Notes under the pieces: generated by a model | The model's database searches: none | Seen by the model: only the letters and a program-made list of their open reading frames with translations | Told to the model about the DNA's origin: nothing | From: Chiloscyllium plagiosum | Lineage: Eukaryota | DNA: 64,000 bases | Direction of reading: 5' to 3' | NCBI RefSeq assembly: GCF_004010195.1 | Contig: NC_057731.1 | Location: forward strand, 19,955,899-20,019,898 | Translations under genes and position numbers: made by a program | Part shown: positions 13,125 to 25,999 of the stretch, in pieces | Layout: each line of letters starts with the position of its first letter | How positions within the stretch are numbered: position 1 is the stretch's first letter

Positions 13125-13238
13125 CACATGGATTGCAAAGGTTCAAGAATCACCACCACCTTCTCAAGGGCAATTAGAGATGGGCAATAAATGTATCCAG
13201 GCCAGCAGCATCCACATCCCATGAGTAAACAGAAAAAA
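13125..13238 (+). mobile_element. LINE-B 3' tail
   Basis: ggttcaagaatcaccaccaccttctcaaggggcaattagagatgggcaataaatg...ccacatcccatgagt. Confidence 0.8.
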
Positions 13239-13824
13239 ATCCATGTCCACCTAATTACTACCCATCATTACTAAATGTGGCTTACCAGGGCCTTGGAATT
13301 TGTCAGTTTTCAATCCTGTTAATTTCTCTGATACTGATGTCCTTCAATTCCTGTTTCTCACTAGACCATAATAGCATAAGAAATATGAGCAGGAATAGGC
13401 CATTCAGCCCTTTTAGACTGTCTTGCTGTGCAATGAGATAACGGTTTAATGGTTCCAGGCTTCTCGTCCTCCTTCATGTCGGCATGTCTTTCATATAAGT
13501 TCCCTTTCAACTTTTTCTGACAGAGCAGATTTCCCACCTCTGCCAGATTCCGACTAATCAGAGTTGAATACCAGTTGGGGAAGGTTAAGGCCGTTAGCTA
13601 TTTCATTTAGTAGTTTCTGATGGGACTTACCCACCAATCTGGCAGAAAGAGTAAGTCCCAGTGACGGATAATTCTGTTGTCCCTGTAGTGCAAGGAAAAA
13701 AAATGTATCAACTGCTGAGACTACAGGTAGTCCCTGAGGAACAAGCTGATAGAATCTGGACTCAAAGGTAAGACAGACCCCAGCAAGTGATGCCCGGAGG
13801 GGAATTATAGGGGTTGTGGTTGAA

Positions 13825-14135
13825 CAAAATATTGATGGACTTTGATAGAGTGGTCAGGGAAGATCTGTTTCCCCTAATGGAGAGGTTGATAACAGGAGAC
13901 ACAGATTTAAGGTGATCACCACAAGAATTAGAAGAGACATGAGGAAAAATGCTTTCACCCAGAGGGTAATAGGAGTTTGGAATTCACTGACCAGGTTGGC
14001 AGTTGAGACAGAAACCCTCACACCTGATGTATTGTAATCTGCAAAACAAAGGATCAGACACCAGAGAGTGGAATTAGAATGGACAGCTGGCATAGATACT
14101 TTGGTCTCTTTGTGGTTACTCTTCTGTGATTCTTT
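13825..14135 (+). mobile_element. old CR1 3' fragment
   Basis: KILMDFDRVVREDLFPL...TGDTDLR and FTQRVIGVWNSL motifs. Confidence 0.75.
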
Positions 14136-14529
14136 CAGGGTGGAGGAGACTAACCTTCCCAGTCTTTGTGATCCTCATTAATGCACAGTTATCTCTAAGT
14201 ATATACTTCTCTATTCCCACATGACCTTCAGGTGTCTCGAGAGGTTGTTCCCAGATAAGTTTAGAAATGATTTTCTAGATTGACACAGTATTCCCAACAA
14301 GTGTGCACTTATGAACCTCAGGCCACTGTCTAATTCCAGTCACCACCTTGAAAACTTCTTTCTGACCCTCTCTAGGCCATTAGCAAACTCTTTCTTAAGT
14401 TTTACGAAAAACTAATTGCAGGGCCATCCTTAGGTCTGGCATTAAAAGTTGCAACATGTTCCAGAGGTGTAGGAAGGTTGATACACTGCCTAAGAATTCT
14501 GTTTTCATTGTGTATATAACATGGGGACA

Positions 14530-14775
14530 AAGGAAATTTGAACAGGATTAGGGCATTCCACCTCTTGGCCTGCTCTGCCATTCTAGCTAGTCATCTAATT
14601 CAATGGCATTTTGCTGTGTTATGATCCCAATGAAATCACTTGATCTCTGTCTTGAGCATATTCACTGACTAAGCTTCCACAGCCCTCTGCAGTACAGAAT
14701 TTCAAAGATTCACGATCATTTTGAGTGAAGAATTTCCTCCTCATCTCATTCCTAAATGGCTTGGTCTTTATTCTA
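14530..14775 (-). mobile_element. old CR1 3' fragment
   Basis: cttccacagccctctgcagtacagaatttcaaagattcac...gtgaagaatttcctcctcatctc is the reverse of a MRRKFFT...VNL.NS motif. Confidence 0.7.
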
Positions 14776-15719
14776 AGCGTGTTATAGATAGTACACTACC
14801 CACGCCCCACCAACACACCCCCACCACCACCCTCCGCATTCCTGCCTTCGGTGAGCATCTAAAATTCAATAAGCTAGCGAAACCAATCTAAACAAGCATA
14901 AGAGAGTTAATGAAAGAGTTATACCCCTTCACCCCAATCCAACTGATGCATTACCTGTCAGAATTGTAAATCAATGTTGTAATTAGTTCAAAGTGAGCCT
15001 GCCAATATTCTCTTGGAGAATTCATGGATCGGTCTCTGGATTATTAGACCTGTTATACAGCCATTATACTATCGTGCCTTCTGCTCACTGAAGCCTGTTT
15101 TAACTACTGGTATCATATTTTCCCATCTAGAACATCACAAATGTAGGCTTTAGTAAATGATACATTTGGTCACAATTTGTAAAAACATTACAAAAAAAGT
15201 TATCACAAATTCTGTGGTAACTGCAATCATTGTTGTGAAGAGAAGCTAAAGTAAACCCCTTTTGAATGAATCAAAAAATTGCATAATGCTCCTTCAGTGT
15301 TTTAATTGGTAATATTTTCCTCTTAATTTTCCTTACTTTTCATCCTGTCTTGAAGCTCTCAATGGATTTTTTAATGTTAGGTAATTTTTTTTCCTCCAAA
15401 ATACACCACAAATATTTTTTTCAATCTGCTATCTCAAAGGATAAAAGCATCAGACCCAACGATAAACTCCCTCCTCTAAATTTCCCTCCAAGACACACAA
15501 TATCCTGTTTTGAAAATGTAACTAAATTTCTTCATTGCCATTGGATCTAAATCCTGGAAATTCCTACCTGACACTACTATGGAGAATTAAATGGAATAAT
15601 CATGGCATTTTTCAGTCGATGAACATTAAAGGAATGAACATTAAGAAAACTTAGTTTTAAAGCAGGCATGGGAGAATCAACCTGTTAGTTTCAGTGTGTT
15701 GGAATCTGGTCCAGATAAC

Positions 15720-17230
15720 GTGGAATCAAAGATTGGCAAAGAAAATAGTAAATGAGCAATGGATAGATAACACAGCAGATAACTAACTTAAATAGAGGAG
15801 AACAAAGAAAGAACATAAGACAGGGGAGGAAAAAATTTATAACAAGAGTTTAGTGACTAACATAAAAGGGAAGTCAAAAGTCAAACAACTTTTAAAAATC
15901 CATATACACAACATCAATTGCAGAACTTGTGTTAGTGGTTAATTATGTACCGCATAAGACATGTCAGCAAATGTGGCATTTACAGATTTGAAGGAACACT
16001 AACACCTTTTATATAAAACTAGCAAAGAAGCAGAACTGAAGAAAGTAGTTGTGAATATCTTTTTTTTTTAATCTCAGGGATATAATTGTCTCCCTCAGGA
16101 TTGTTGTTAGAATTACTGCTGTTTTGGATCAGGACTTGAGTATGGAAGGCACTACTTCAAAATCACCAGACAAAAGATTAGCATAATATTCAGAAATATA
16201 ACAACCAATGGGGTGAATAGTAACAAACTTCAAGAATACATAACTAGACTGGTAAAATGGACTAACATTGAGCAGATGCAACGCAAAGGAGAGTTGACTG
16301 AGATGGTGCATTTTGGCTCAAACTATGACCAATAACAATTTTACAGAGTGCAAGACAGCAAGAAATTTGTGAAGGAAGCAGGACAATTTGAGAAACCAGT
16401 TTATAAAAATCATATGGAATGTTAGGCTTTATAAATAGAAGCAGAGAAGTCATTGGAAGTCTGTATAAATCACTGGTTAGGTTTCAATTGGAAAACTATT
16501 CAATTCTGGTTTCACAAAATAGCAAGGCCTTATAAAATATGTAGAGCAGATTTATGGAATTGCTTTGGAGCTTTGGATGTGGGACTTTAGTTCTGTGGGG
16601 AGAGTGGAAAACCTGGGGTTCCCTTAAACGCAGAAAAGTCTGAGGCTATCAAAGTTTGATCAAAGCATAGATAGTGTAAATAAGGAGAAACTGTTCAGCA
16701 ATTGGCAAAAGAATCAGAAGTGGCATGAGGAGAATACAGGTCATTCTACTGTAACACGCGTTTCGTTAACATGAAATCTCAAATCCAGCAAAGGCATGAT
16801 GGGGCCAATGGCCTCCTTCTGTTTTCTATCATTCTGTAATACGATTGACAAATTGAGGACCCTGTTTCTAAAGCATGAACTTTTAAAATATGCGTTGGCT
16901 GTAACACAATTACATCACCAACACTTTAAGTGCTTGTTTCAAAAGTGCAATTTTTCTGTAACATAAGGTTGCACAAGAACACAACCATCACGTTGTAGAA
17001 GAACCATCTGTAGTTTATAGTAGTGATTTATTATGATCTGAAATAAACTGTCTAAAGAACATTGGGAGTAGATTCAATCACAGCACTGAAAAGGAAACTG
17101 AACAAATATTTGAAAATGCAAAATTTGGGAAAAAGAGCAGGAAATGTGGTTAATTAATGGGCTTTCTCAAATCCAGCAAAGACATGGTGGGGCCAATGGC
17201 CTCCTTCTATTTTCTATCTTTCTGTAATTC
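15720..17230 (+). mobile_element. very old CR1 ORF2/3' remnant, interrupted by a MITE
   Basis: GMLGFINR (ggaatgttaggctttataaataga), LYKSLVR (ctgtataaatcactggttagg), and a CR1-like tail at 17165-17228. Confidence 0.65.
16737..17010. mobile_element. Tc1/mariner (Tigger-like) MITE
   Basis: TA|CAGGTCATTCTACTGTAAC ... GTTGTAGAAGAACCATCTG|TA: imperfect TIRs (13/19) with TA on both sides. Confidence 0.65.
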
Positions 17231-20003
17231 AATGAAGAAAGATTACACTTTAAACTCCAAACTTTCTACTTGCCAAACTCAAAATCTTTAATAATAGATG
17301 AAAGGGATTACTTTAATTTCTTAAATAAAATATTGGTTTATGGAATCATAAATTAATTCAAAACCAAAACCAAGCACAAACACCTTAAACAAGGAAAATA
17401 ATTTGGATGGACAGTGGTTTGCCATTAAGAATAAGTATTCAATTAGCCACTACAAAGTTATTTCTGTTTTATTTTACAATTACTTGCGTAAGCTACAAAT
17501 TTTGACAGTTCCATGTTCACATTGAAATGATTTCTGTTTACTAATTGGATCATTTCTCCCAAAATGCCTGGTAGACACTATTTTTGCCAATCTGTGAACT
17601 TCAAAGTGCTCAGGCAGTTTTAAATCCTTTTTATGACATATTATTAATTCCAGATCATTTTGATGTGCAGGAATGTGTTCTTCTGAGCTGGAAAAAATTA
17701 TCAATTTAAGTCAGATGCCTTTATCTTTATCTTCCCTAGGATGCCTGTGGCTGCTAACATGTTATCAGGCCAAACCTGCCCTGTTAAGGACAAATAAATA
17801 CTTGTGAAGTCAGCAATTGAGATGAATTAATATATCATCCTTTAATAAAAATGAGTAATTACTTTTATACATTTTATACCAACATTTCCAACTTAATGCA
17901 TGGGCCATACAAAGTTAACTGACGCCAGCTGAGGCAAAACTTTGGGAGCCAGAACTGAATTTAGTGCTCAGATTTTTTTGTCCTCGATTGCTATATTGTA
18001 CAATGACTCTGGTTAAAAAGTATACAAAGCTAACTGAACTTAAAAATTCTTACTTAAAAATAAAGAAAAAGGTTACAAAAATGTAAAGTTGAGTCAGAGA
18101 CCACCTTGTTTTTTCCAGAAGAGTGGATAACTATTTGGGAAATACAGAGGTACAAAGACAGAGCAGGAGAATGGGATTAATTTCGGATTGTTCCAGCAAA
18201 GAACAATCACAGATATGCAGGCCTGGATGATGCAGTTGTGAAATTGTCAGGTTTTATTGTCATTATACTCTGTAAATCACACTTTTGGTGTCTACACATG
18301 AACAGAATAACATGGAATTCCAAGAGTTGTCATTAGGGATTCTGCACCTCTTTGTAAGCTGCACGATTGGAGTCTCCACTGTTTAAATTACCACAAACTG
18401 CAATGTACTGGAGTGAACTTGGGATCGTTGCCCAGTTCTTATGAGCTTTCTTTACCAGAAAAATTCAAGCTTATGCAAAGACACTCAAGGAGAGTGTTCT
18501 GACGAAATATGTTTTGTAAATATTTAGTAAAGCACCATTGTACCACAAGATTTATGTGAAATAAACTGAACCAAAATGACTTTGAGACACAGCTATAAGA
18601 TTGTTCCATTTCTGTACAGAGTTAAATTAATTCTCATGATTTTATTCACATTTATATGTCTTTTGAAACATTTGTTTCTACCAACTTACTTTGTAAATAT
18701 GTTTGTCAAAGCACACTCTGGCAAGTGGAATCACATAAAGAGGGAGAAAGTGTCTTTTCTACTCTTGACCCAAATATTTTTCATCTTTGAGGCAAGGAAT
18801 AGCAAGGAGAAATCAGGCATCAGATCCTTAAGCTGATCAGGAGGAACTTTTACTCAACCCAAAGCTTGTGTGATGAATAGTTGGCTTTCAAAATGAGGCG
18901 AAGAGACAACTCTTCAAAAAAGACCAATTACCTGCTTAGCTGTTTGATTGAAGGACATTAAATCACCATATTACCACATCAAATGTAACAATGGTAAACG
19001 GAGTACTCAAATTTCATGCATTATTAATCATACTCTGAAGGTTGCACTACGTTTTAGCATTCATTCATGAGCAGAATAACATGCAGGAAATAAACAAAGG
19101 ATATGAGGACAGAGTATGGGCAAGGGATTACTTTCAGATTGTTCCAATGAAGAACAAGCAGACACATCACATTATTGTACTAGTAATAATTTCTAACAAT
19201 AATAAGCAATTGCCAGTGCAGGCACAGTGGGCCAAATAGCTTACTTCGGCATTGTAACAATTCTGTGATTCTGTGAATTAGATGTTGTATTAAAAGGGAA
19301 GAGTGGTACTTCTGTCCTTCACTGTGGACATAGTCCCACCCTCAGATGCTGCTCGATCTGATTGGCCAGCAGTTCCAATAGGAGAATGCTTTGCTGAGAG
19401 AGCAGGTAACCATACATCTTGGACCAAGGTAAATGGGCATAGAGGGTCTGACCAGATCGGAAAAGGAAGGTGAGGTGCATGATATTTTGGAGAACAGGAG
19501 ATAGTAAGGAGGTAAGTCTTCATCACAAAAGGATTGTTTAAACTTCATGAAATTTTCTTTAATAACCCAACTGAAACTACATCTTTCAGTGAGAATGTTC
19601 AAATTTTCTTTGACTGACCTTTCTCAAATGTTTCATTGTGCTCTAACATTTCCTCAAATAGCGCACAGATCCATGGGAGTTCAAACATGTCTGGATTTTG
19701 CACAAAGTTTCCATTAGGACGATCGAACAGGGTTAGTGAATGATTTTCTTTCAGATCAGTAGCAAGCTTTGTTGCCATGGCACTGACAGTAAAGCACAGG
19801 CTAATGAAATTGAGAACACATTTCTGTTCAATAAATTTCTATGATTTTTAAAATTATTACGACTCAACTTCAGCTACTTAAAAGGCCATTGTAGCCTTCA
19901 ATAAGCATCAGCACAGGCTATGATAACCTTTCTGAATAGATTGATTGCTTAAGATCTTCTCAAGGTAAGAAAACACTGGCAGCTCTCACTGATTTAGACT
20001 TTA

Positions 20004-20243
20004 ATTGAATTGAATTGAATTTATTTATCGTCATGTATACCGAGGCACAGTGAAAAGTTTTGCCTTGTGAGCAATACAGGCAGATCATGTAGTTAAATAG
20101 CATATATACGTAAATAATAGGTAAGCAGCGGCAAAAACAAAAACACAGGTACAGGCAAATGTTAAGAATTTGTGAGTCCATTCAGTAATCTAACAACAGT
20201 TGAGTAGAAACTGTTTTGAAACCGACTGGTGCAAGTGTTTAAG
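20004..20243 (-). mobile_element. Rex1/Babar LINE 3' end
   Basis: Reverse strand reads TSRFQNSFYSTVVRLLNGL*, then a 3' UTR and an (ATTCA)n tail. Confidence 0.75.
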
Positions 20244-20659
20244 GAAATTTATATAAATCACAAAAAGGTTGCATGTCAATTGTCAGTACCACTTTCCATC
20301 AACTCATTGCAATTATGAGAATGAAGATATCTTGTTCTGTGAAGAGATAGGAAAGTCATTTTTAATATGTAAACTATTCCAAACAACCAAATAGTCAAAA
20401 CTGATATAAGTAATGCTTGACTGCTTAATAATCTAATACTACTTAGAAGCTTAGTCTTCACTTTGAATTATTATTTATAAATGATCTAGGAAATAGATCA
20501 TGGAGGACCTTAACCAGTCAATGATCATGTTCAGCATGATATAAGATACAGAACTGTTGGAGCTTAAACCAGGTGAATACCACAACCTACCATTACCTTG
20601 TTGCTAATTACAAAATTGCCTCTGACAATTTGTTCAGCACTTTTCCTGTTTCAATCAGA

Positions 20660-20878
20660 ATCAGAAGGTGGTGAGAATGTGGAACTCACTGCCTACAGGA
20701 GTAGTAGAGAAAGAAGCCATCATAGGATTTAACTGTGCACTTGAAATGCCAAGGAATGCAAGGCTATAAGCTAAGTGCTGGAAAATGGGATTAGAATAGT
20801 TAGGTGTTTGTTTTTGACCAATGCAAACTCTATGAGCTGAAAAAACATTTTCTGTGCTGTAGATCTCTATAACTTTGA
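20660..20878 (+). mobile_element. CR1 3' fragment
   Basis: QKVVRMWNSLP...QGYKLSAGKWD* followed by tail ctgtgctgtagatctctataac. Confidence 0.8.
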
Positions 20879-21226
20879 ATTAGGTAGTGAATGGTTTGGA
20901 GGAGAACTTTCAGGTGGTGGTGGTGGTCCCATCTCTCTGCTGCCCTTGATGTTCTGGAGGGTGCTGTCTGAGGACTGTTGGTGAATTTCTGAAATGCATT
21001 TTGTAAATAGTACACTCTGCTGCTACTTGAGCACCTCTCATAGCAGGAGTGGATATTTTTGGATGTGGCACCAATTATACAGGCTGTTTCGTCCTGGATG
21101 GTTTCAAGTTTCTTGAGTGTTGTTGGAGTTGCACTCATCCAAGCAATTGGGAATATTCTGACAAACTCCTAACTTGTATCTTGTAGATGGTGGACATGCT
21201 TTGGGGAGTCAAGAGGTGAGTTACTT

Positions 21227-21795
21227 TAGAGTCATAGAGCTGCAGAGCATGGAAACAAACTATCTGGTCCGACTCGCCCATGCCAACCAGATATCCTAAA
21301 TAAATCTAGTTCCATTTACCAGCATTTGGCCCATATCCCTCTAAACCCTTCCTATTCATGTACCCATTCAAATGCCTTTTTAAATGTTGTAATTGTACCA
21401 GCCTCTACCACTTCCTCTGGCAGCTTATTCCATACATGCATACCCGTCTGCATGAAATATTGCTCCTTAACTCCCTTTTAAAACTTGTCCCATCACTTTA
21501 AATCTGTGACTTCCAGTTTTGGACTCACCCATTCCAGGGAAAATACCTTGTCTATTCACCCTATCCATACCCCTCATGATTGTATAAACCTCTAAGATCA
21601 TCTCTCAGCCTCTAACGCTTCCAGGAAAATAGCCCCAGCCTTTTCGGCCTCTCCTTTTGGCTCAAATCATCCAATCCTGGCAACATTCTTGTAAATCTTT
21701 TCTGAACCCTTTCAAGTTTCACAATATCTTTCCTATAAGAGGGAGACCAGAATTGTATGCAATACTCCAAAAGTGGCCTAACCAATGTCCTGTTC
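21227..21795 (-). mobile_element. HER1-type CR1 3' fragment nested in LINE-B
   Basis: Reverse complement of the family at 22444-22973; tail tagagtcatagag. Confidence 0.9.
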
Positions 21796-22443
21796 TTGCT
21801 GCAGGATTCCTAGCCTCTGACCTGTTTTTATAGCCACTGTGTTTATGTGGCAAGTCCAATCAGTTTCTGGTCAATAATCACCTCCTCAGAATGTTGATAG
21901 GGCAAATTCAGTGATGGTGACACCATTGAATGTCAAGGTGCAGTGGTTAATTATCTCTTATTGAAGATGGTCATTGCCTGCCTTTTGTCAGTCCAAGCCT
22001 GGATATTGTCCAAGTCTTGCTTCATGGACTTCTTCAGTAGCTGAAGAGTTGTGAATGGTACTGACTAATGTGCGGTCATCAGCAGTTTTCACATTGTCAG
22101 TTAGATATCAATGTTGTAACTGTACTGGAACAGTTTGGCTAGGGATGCAGCAAATTCTGTAGCAAAGTAATGCCGGAAAGTTGTCAGTGTCCATGGCCTT
22201 TTCAGTGTCCAATACCCCCAAATGCTTCTTGATATCATGTGGAATGATACACATTGACTGGAGACTGTGAACTGTAATGCTCAAGAAGGCCATTATGGAC
22301 TGTCTACTCTGCATTTCTGGCTGAAGATTGCTCTGAATGCTTCAGCCTTATATTTTGCGCTGAGGTTTTGGGCTCACCTAGTAATAAGAATTGGAATATT
22401 TTGGAGCCTCCTTCTCCAGTCAGTTGTCTAATATTCCACCAAC

Positions 22444-22973
22444 CTACTGGTCTCCTTCCTATCGGAAAGATGTTGTGAAACTTGAAAGGGTTCAGAAAAG
22501 ATTTACAAGGATGTTGCTAGGGTTAGAGGATTTTAGCTATAAAGAGAGGCTGAACAGGATGGGGCTGTTTTTCCTGGAGCATCAGAGGCTGAGGGTGACC
22601 GTATAGAGGTTTACAAAATTATGAGGGGCATTGATAGGGTAAATAGACAAAGTCTTTTCCCTGGGGTTGTGGAGTCCAGAACTAGAGGGCATAGGTTTGG
22701 GGTGAGAGGGGAAAGATATAAAAGAGACCTATGGGGCAACTTTTTCACACAGAGGGTGGTACGTGTACGGAATAAGCTGCCAGAGAAAGTGGTGGAGGCT
22801 AATACAATTGCAACATTTAAGAGGCATTTGGATAGGTATATGAATAGGAAGGGTTTGGAGGGATATGGGGTGGGTGCTGGCAAGTGGGACTAGATTGGGT
22901 TGGGATATCTGGTCGGCATGGACGGGTTGGACCAAAGGGTCTGTTTCCATACTGTACATCTTTATGACTCTAT
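22444..22973 (+). mobile_element. HER1-type CR1 3' fragment nested in LINE-B
   Basis: WSPSYRKDVVKLERVQKRFTRML...TRGH...NFFTQRVV...AGKWD*, with tail ctttatgactctat. Confidence 0.93.
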
Positions 22974-25414
22974 AACTGGATTTGTCAGAACTGCAGAGTT
23001 TAAATTTGATTCATTGTTTGTGGAATCACTTAGCTTTGCCTATTTCTTGTTGTGGTCCTGTTTTGTAGCTTCTGCAGGTTGACATCTGATTTTTAAGTGT
23101 GCCTGGTGCTGCTGCTGCACTCTTCATTGAAACAGGGTTCATTCCCCAGTTGGTGGTAATGGTAGAGAGGGAGATTTGCAGATTGTGTTGGAGTATGGAT
23201 CTGCTGCTAATGGCCAACAGTGCCTCTTGGATGTCGATTCTTGAATTGCTAAATCTGTTTGAAGTCTGTCCCATTTGGCATGGCAATGGTGCCACACATG
23301 GAGGGCATTTTCAAAGGGAAGATGGGGATTTGTCTCCACAAGGACGATGCGGTGGTCATTCTTAACAATACTGTCAAGGATAGATGCATCTGCAGCTGGC
23401 AGATTGGTAAGGATGAGGTCAAGTATGTTCTCCCCTCTTGTTGGTTCCCTCACCACCTGCCACATACCCATTCTAGCAATTATGTCCTTTTGGACCTGAC
23501 CATCCTTTTGCATCCTTTCATCCTCAGAGCATCCTCCAAGTGTTGTTCAATATGCAAGAGCACGGAGTCATCAGCTGAGGAAGGACAGTACATGGTTATC
23601 AGGAGGAGGTTTCCTTGTCCATGTTTAAGCCAAAACCTTGGGACTTCATGGGGTCCAGGGTCAATGCTGATGACTTCCAGGGCAACTTCGACTTGAGTGT
23701 ACACCACTGTGCAGCCACTCCTGCTGGGTCTGTCCTGCTTGGTGGGTCAGGGCATATTCAGGTATAGTGTTCGTGGAGTCTAGGACATTGTCAGGTATGA
23801 TTCTTTTGAGAATGGCTTTATTAGGTTGTTGTTTGACTTATCTGTGAAACAGTGTTCCCAGTCTGGCACTAACCGCAAATGTTAGGAAGAGGGATTTTGC
23901 AGTGTCGACAAGGCTGTTTTTGTCGTTGTTGTTTATGGCTCTTAGGTTGAATCCAGGTGGTCAGTCTGCTATCACTTCTTCTTTAATAGAACTGAGTCAC
24001 TTGCTAGGCCATTTTAGAGCGCAGTTGAGAGACAACCATGTTATTATATGTCTGGAGTCACATGCAGTCCAGAGAAGTTAAAGATGGCAGTTTCCTTCCT
24101 TAAAGGATATTACTGAAGCTGAAGGACTTCTTTTCTGACAATTGACAATAGTTTCATGGTCATCATTAGACTTTTATTTGATTAATTTTGACCCAGGTAC
24201 CATGGCACAATTCAAACATGGGTCCATAAAGCATTACCTGCATCTCGTCTAGCAATAATATCACAAGGCCATCGCCTCTCCCTCTGCTGCAAAAATAATG
24301 AGCAATAAGGGTGACATTGTTCAGGTTTTATCTTTGCCAGTTTTCTTCTATGTTCTACTTCAAAAGTTGCTTTTTCCACATGTTTACCTTACTCCTCTTC
24401 TGGTACCCTGATCAGTTCATTATCAATGTCACCAGAATATGTACTAGTTACTACAATAAGTCATTAACTTTCTTAAAAAAATCACTTTGGACACTATACC
24501 GTAAGTAATTAGCAATTACCTTCTGTGTTCTAATGTCAAGAAATGTCCTCAGAACACATTTTAACTTTATATTTAGGTATTAAGTATTGAACTATTGGAG
24601 GAAGCAATTATGTAGTATAAATGTTGTATGACAAAGTGGTGTTTTATAAATTATTAAATTATTAGAAACTTCATTATAGTGTACTATCGCCTCCCCTTTT
24701 TTTAACCAACTCAGTTTGACATATTACTAACAATATGTATTGGTCACCAGATGACTGTCAATTCAAATTAATCAGTCAGGAAGTTTCCATCTTATTCTGC
24801 TGAAAGTGACTATGAATGACAGTAATAGAGTTTATTGGAAGATGAAATAATGCACCAAATGTTCATTATAACCAAAATGTGGCTGAGTAGTGGCAATAAT
24901 TAAATATAAATAGTGTTCATATAATTTGCAATTGTCACCCTTTCAAAAGTTCATTTACATCATAGCTCTAAATCAGTTTTACAAGCCTCTGACTCATTTA
25001 AGAAAAGGTGATTTATGAAATTCTGGAATGACTCATGAAAAGAGTACAAGTTTAAAATTAATCTGGATTCCATTTTAAATTCAAATGAAAAATGACAGAC
25101 TTGGAACATCAAATACTTTGGTGATGAAGGATGAATGATCAGATTTGAATGATATTTTATCCTTATTTCTATGGCATTGCCTTTTGTTTGAAATAAAGGA
25201 TAGTTTAAAACTCACATTTATCCACAAATTTCTTATTAGTGGCAAAGAATGTTATGGTTCAAGGAATCAAATAAAATGAATCAAAATCACATACATTCAT
25301 GTAATATTTTGCTAGTATAAGCTCCAACACTAATCAATTTTAATAAAATAAGACCTTAAAATAAAGCATGTTATTGCAAACTTTGAATTGTAATTGTAGC
25401 TAGCTTCCTTCCAT

Positions 25415-25490
25415 TGAATCAAAAGCACTTCAGAGGCTATAAATGCTTTGGTTGTGAAAAGCACTACATACGTTCAAATGAATCCTTTCA
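25415..25490 (+). mobile_element. possible Deu-SINE-like 3' remnant
   Basis: tcaaaagcacttcagaggctataaatgctttggttgtgaaaagcactacata resembles the Deu-SINE tail as recalled; heavily diverged. Confidence 0.4.
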
Positions 25491-25811
25491 TTTGACCCCA
25501 AATTGTAACTTCTAACATTTGATTGTGACGCTGTTGAAAACAAAGTGCCTGCATCACAGATTTATGTTTATAATGGCGCATAGCCCAGGAAGATCAGGGC
25601 CACCAGCCTGGAATTTTATTGGAAATTATCGGCACGATTTCAATACACGATCAAAGTTGTGCACTATTTCCCTCAAATGAGTTTTGCATGTAACTAATTT
25701 CCAATTAATATTGAAATGTCACTGAGCACAAATTTCCTTGATCATTTGCACAGTCACAACTTGCGTTCACCCGAATCTCAGTTAACTTGGTGATTTCTGC
25801 ATTTAGATTCA

Positions 25812-25888
25812 AAGTGTGGTTGCAGATCAGGCAGCATCCGAGAAGCAGGAGAACTGACTTTTTGGGCATAAGCTCCTTCATCATTCAT
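25812..25888 (-). repeat. Penelope terminal fragment with a decayed hammerhead
   Basis: caggcagcatccgagaagcaggagaactgactttttgggcataagctccttcatca is the reverse complement of the family at 53539-53600. Confidence 0.7.
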
Positions 25889-25999
25889 AAGAGCAATGAA
25901 TCATGTATTTACACCAGCTTTCACCAGCATAACTTGAAACCAAAAGTATAAGGGGAAGCAGAAAAAAAGTCAATTTCTGATATGATAATGTTTTTTAAT

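Larger units (their letters stand above)
20880..24282 (-). mobile_element. LINE-B, near 5'-complete decayed copy (tRNA-like head, APE endonuclease, partial RT), split by two CR1 insertions
   Basis: EN motifs GNLLLITMYCPSS and PTRGENILDLILTN...NDH; KKHLGVLDTEKAM; C-terminal WMSATPTTLKKLETIQD. Sequence resumes colinearly across both inserts. Confidence 0.88.

Noticed and set aside
19340-19520. Possible small exon (cag|ATGCTG...GCAG|gtaacc; GAG|gtaagt)
   Set aside because: Weak polypyrimidine tract and no recognisable product.
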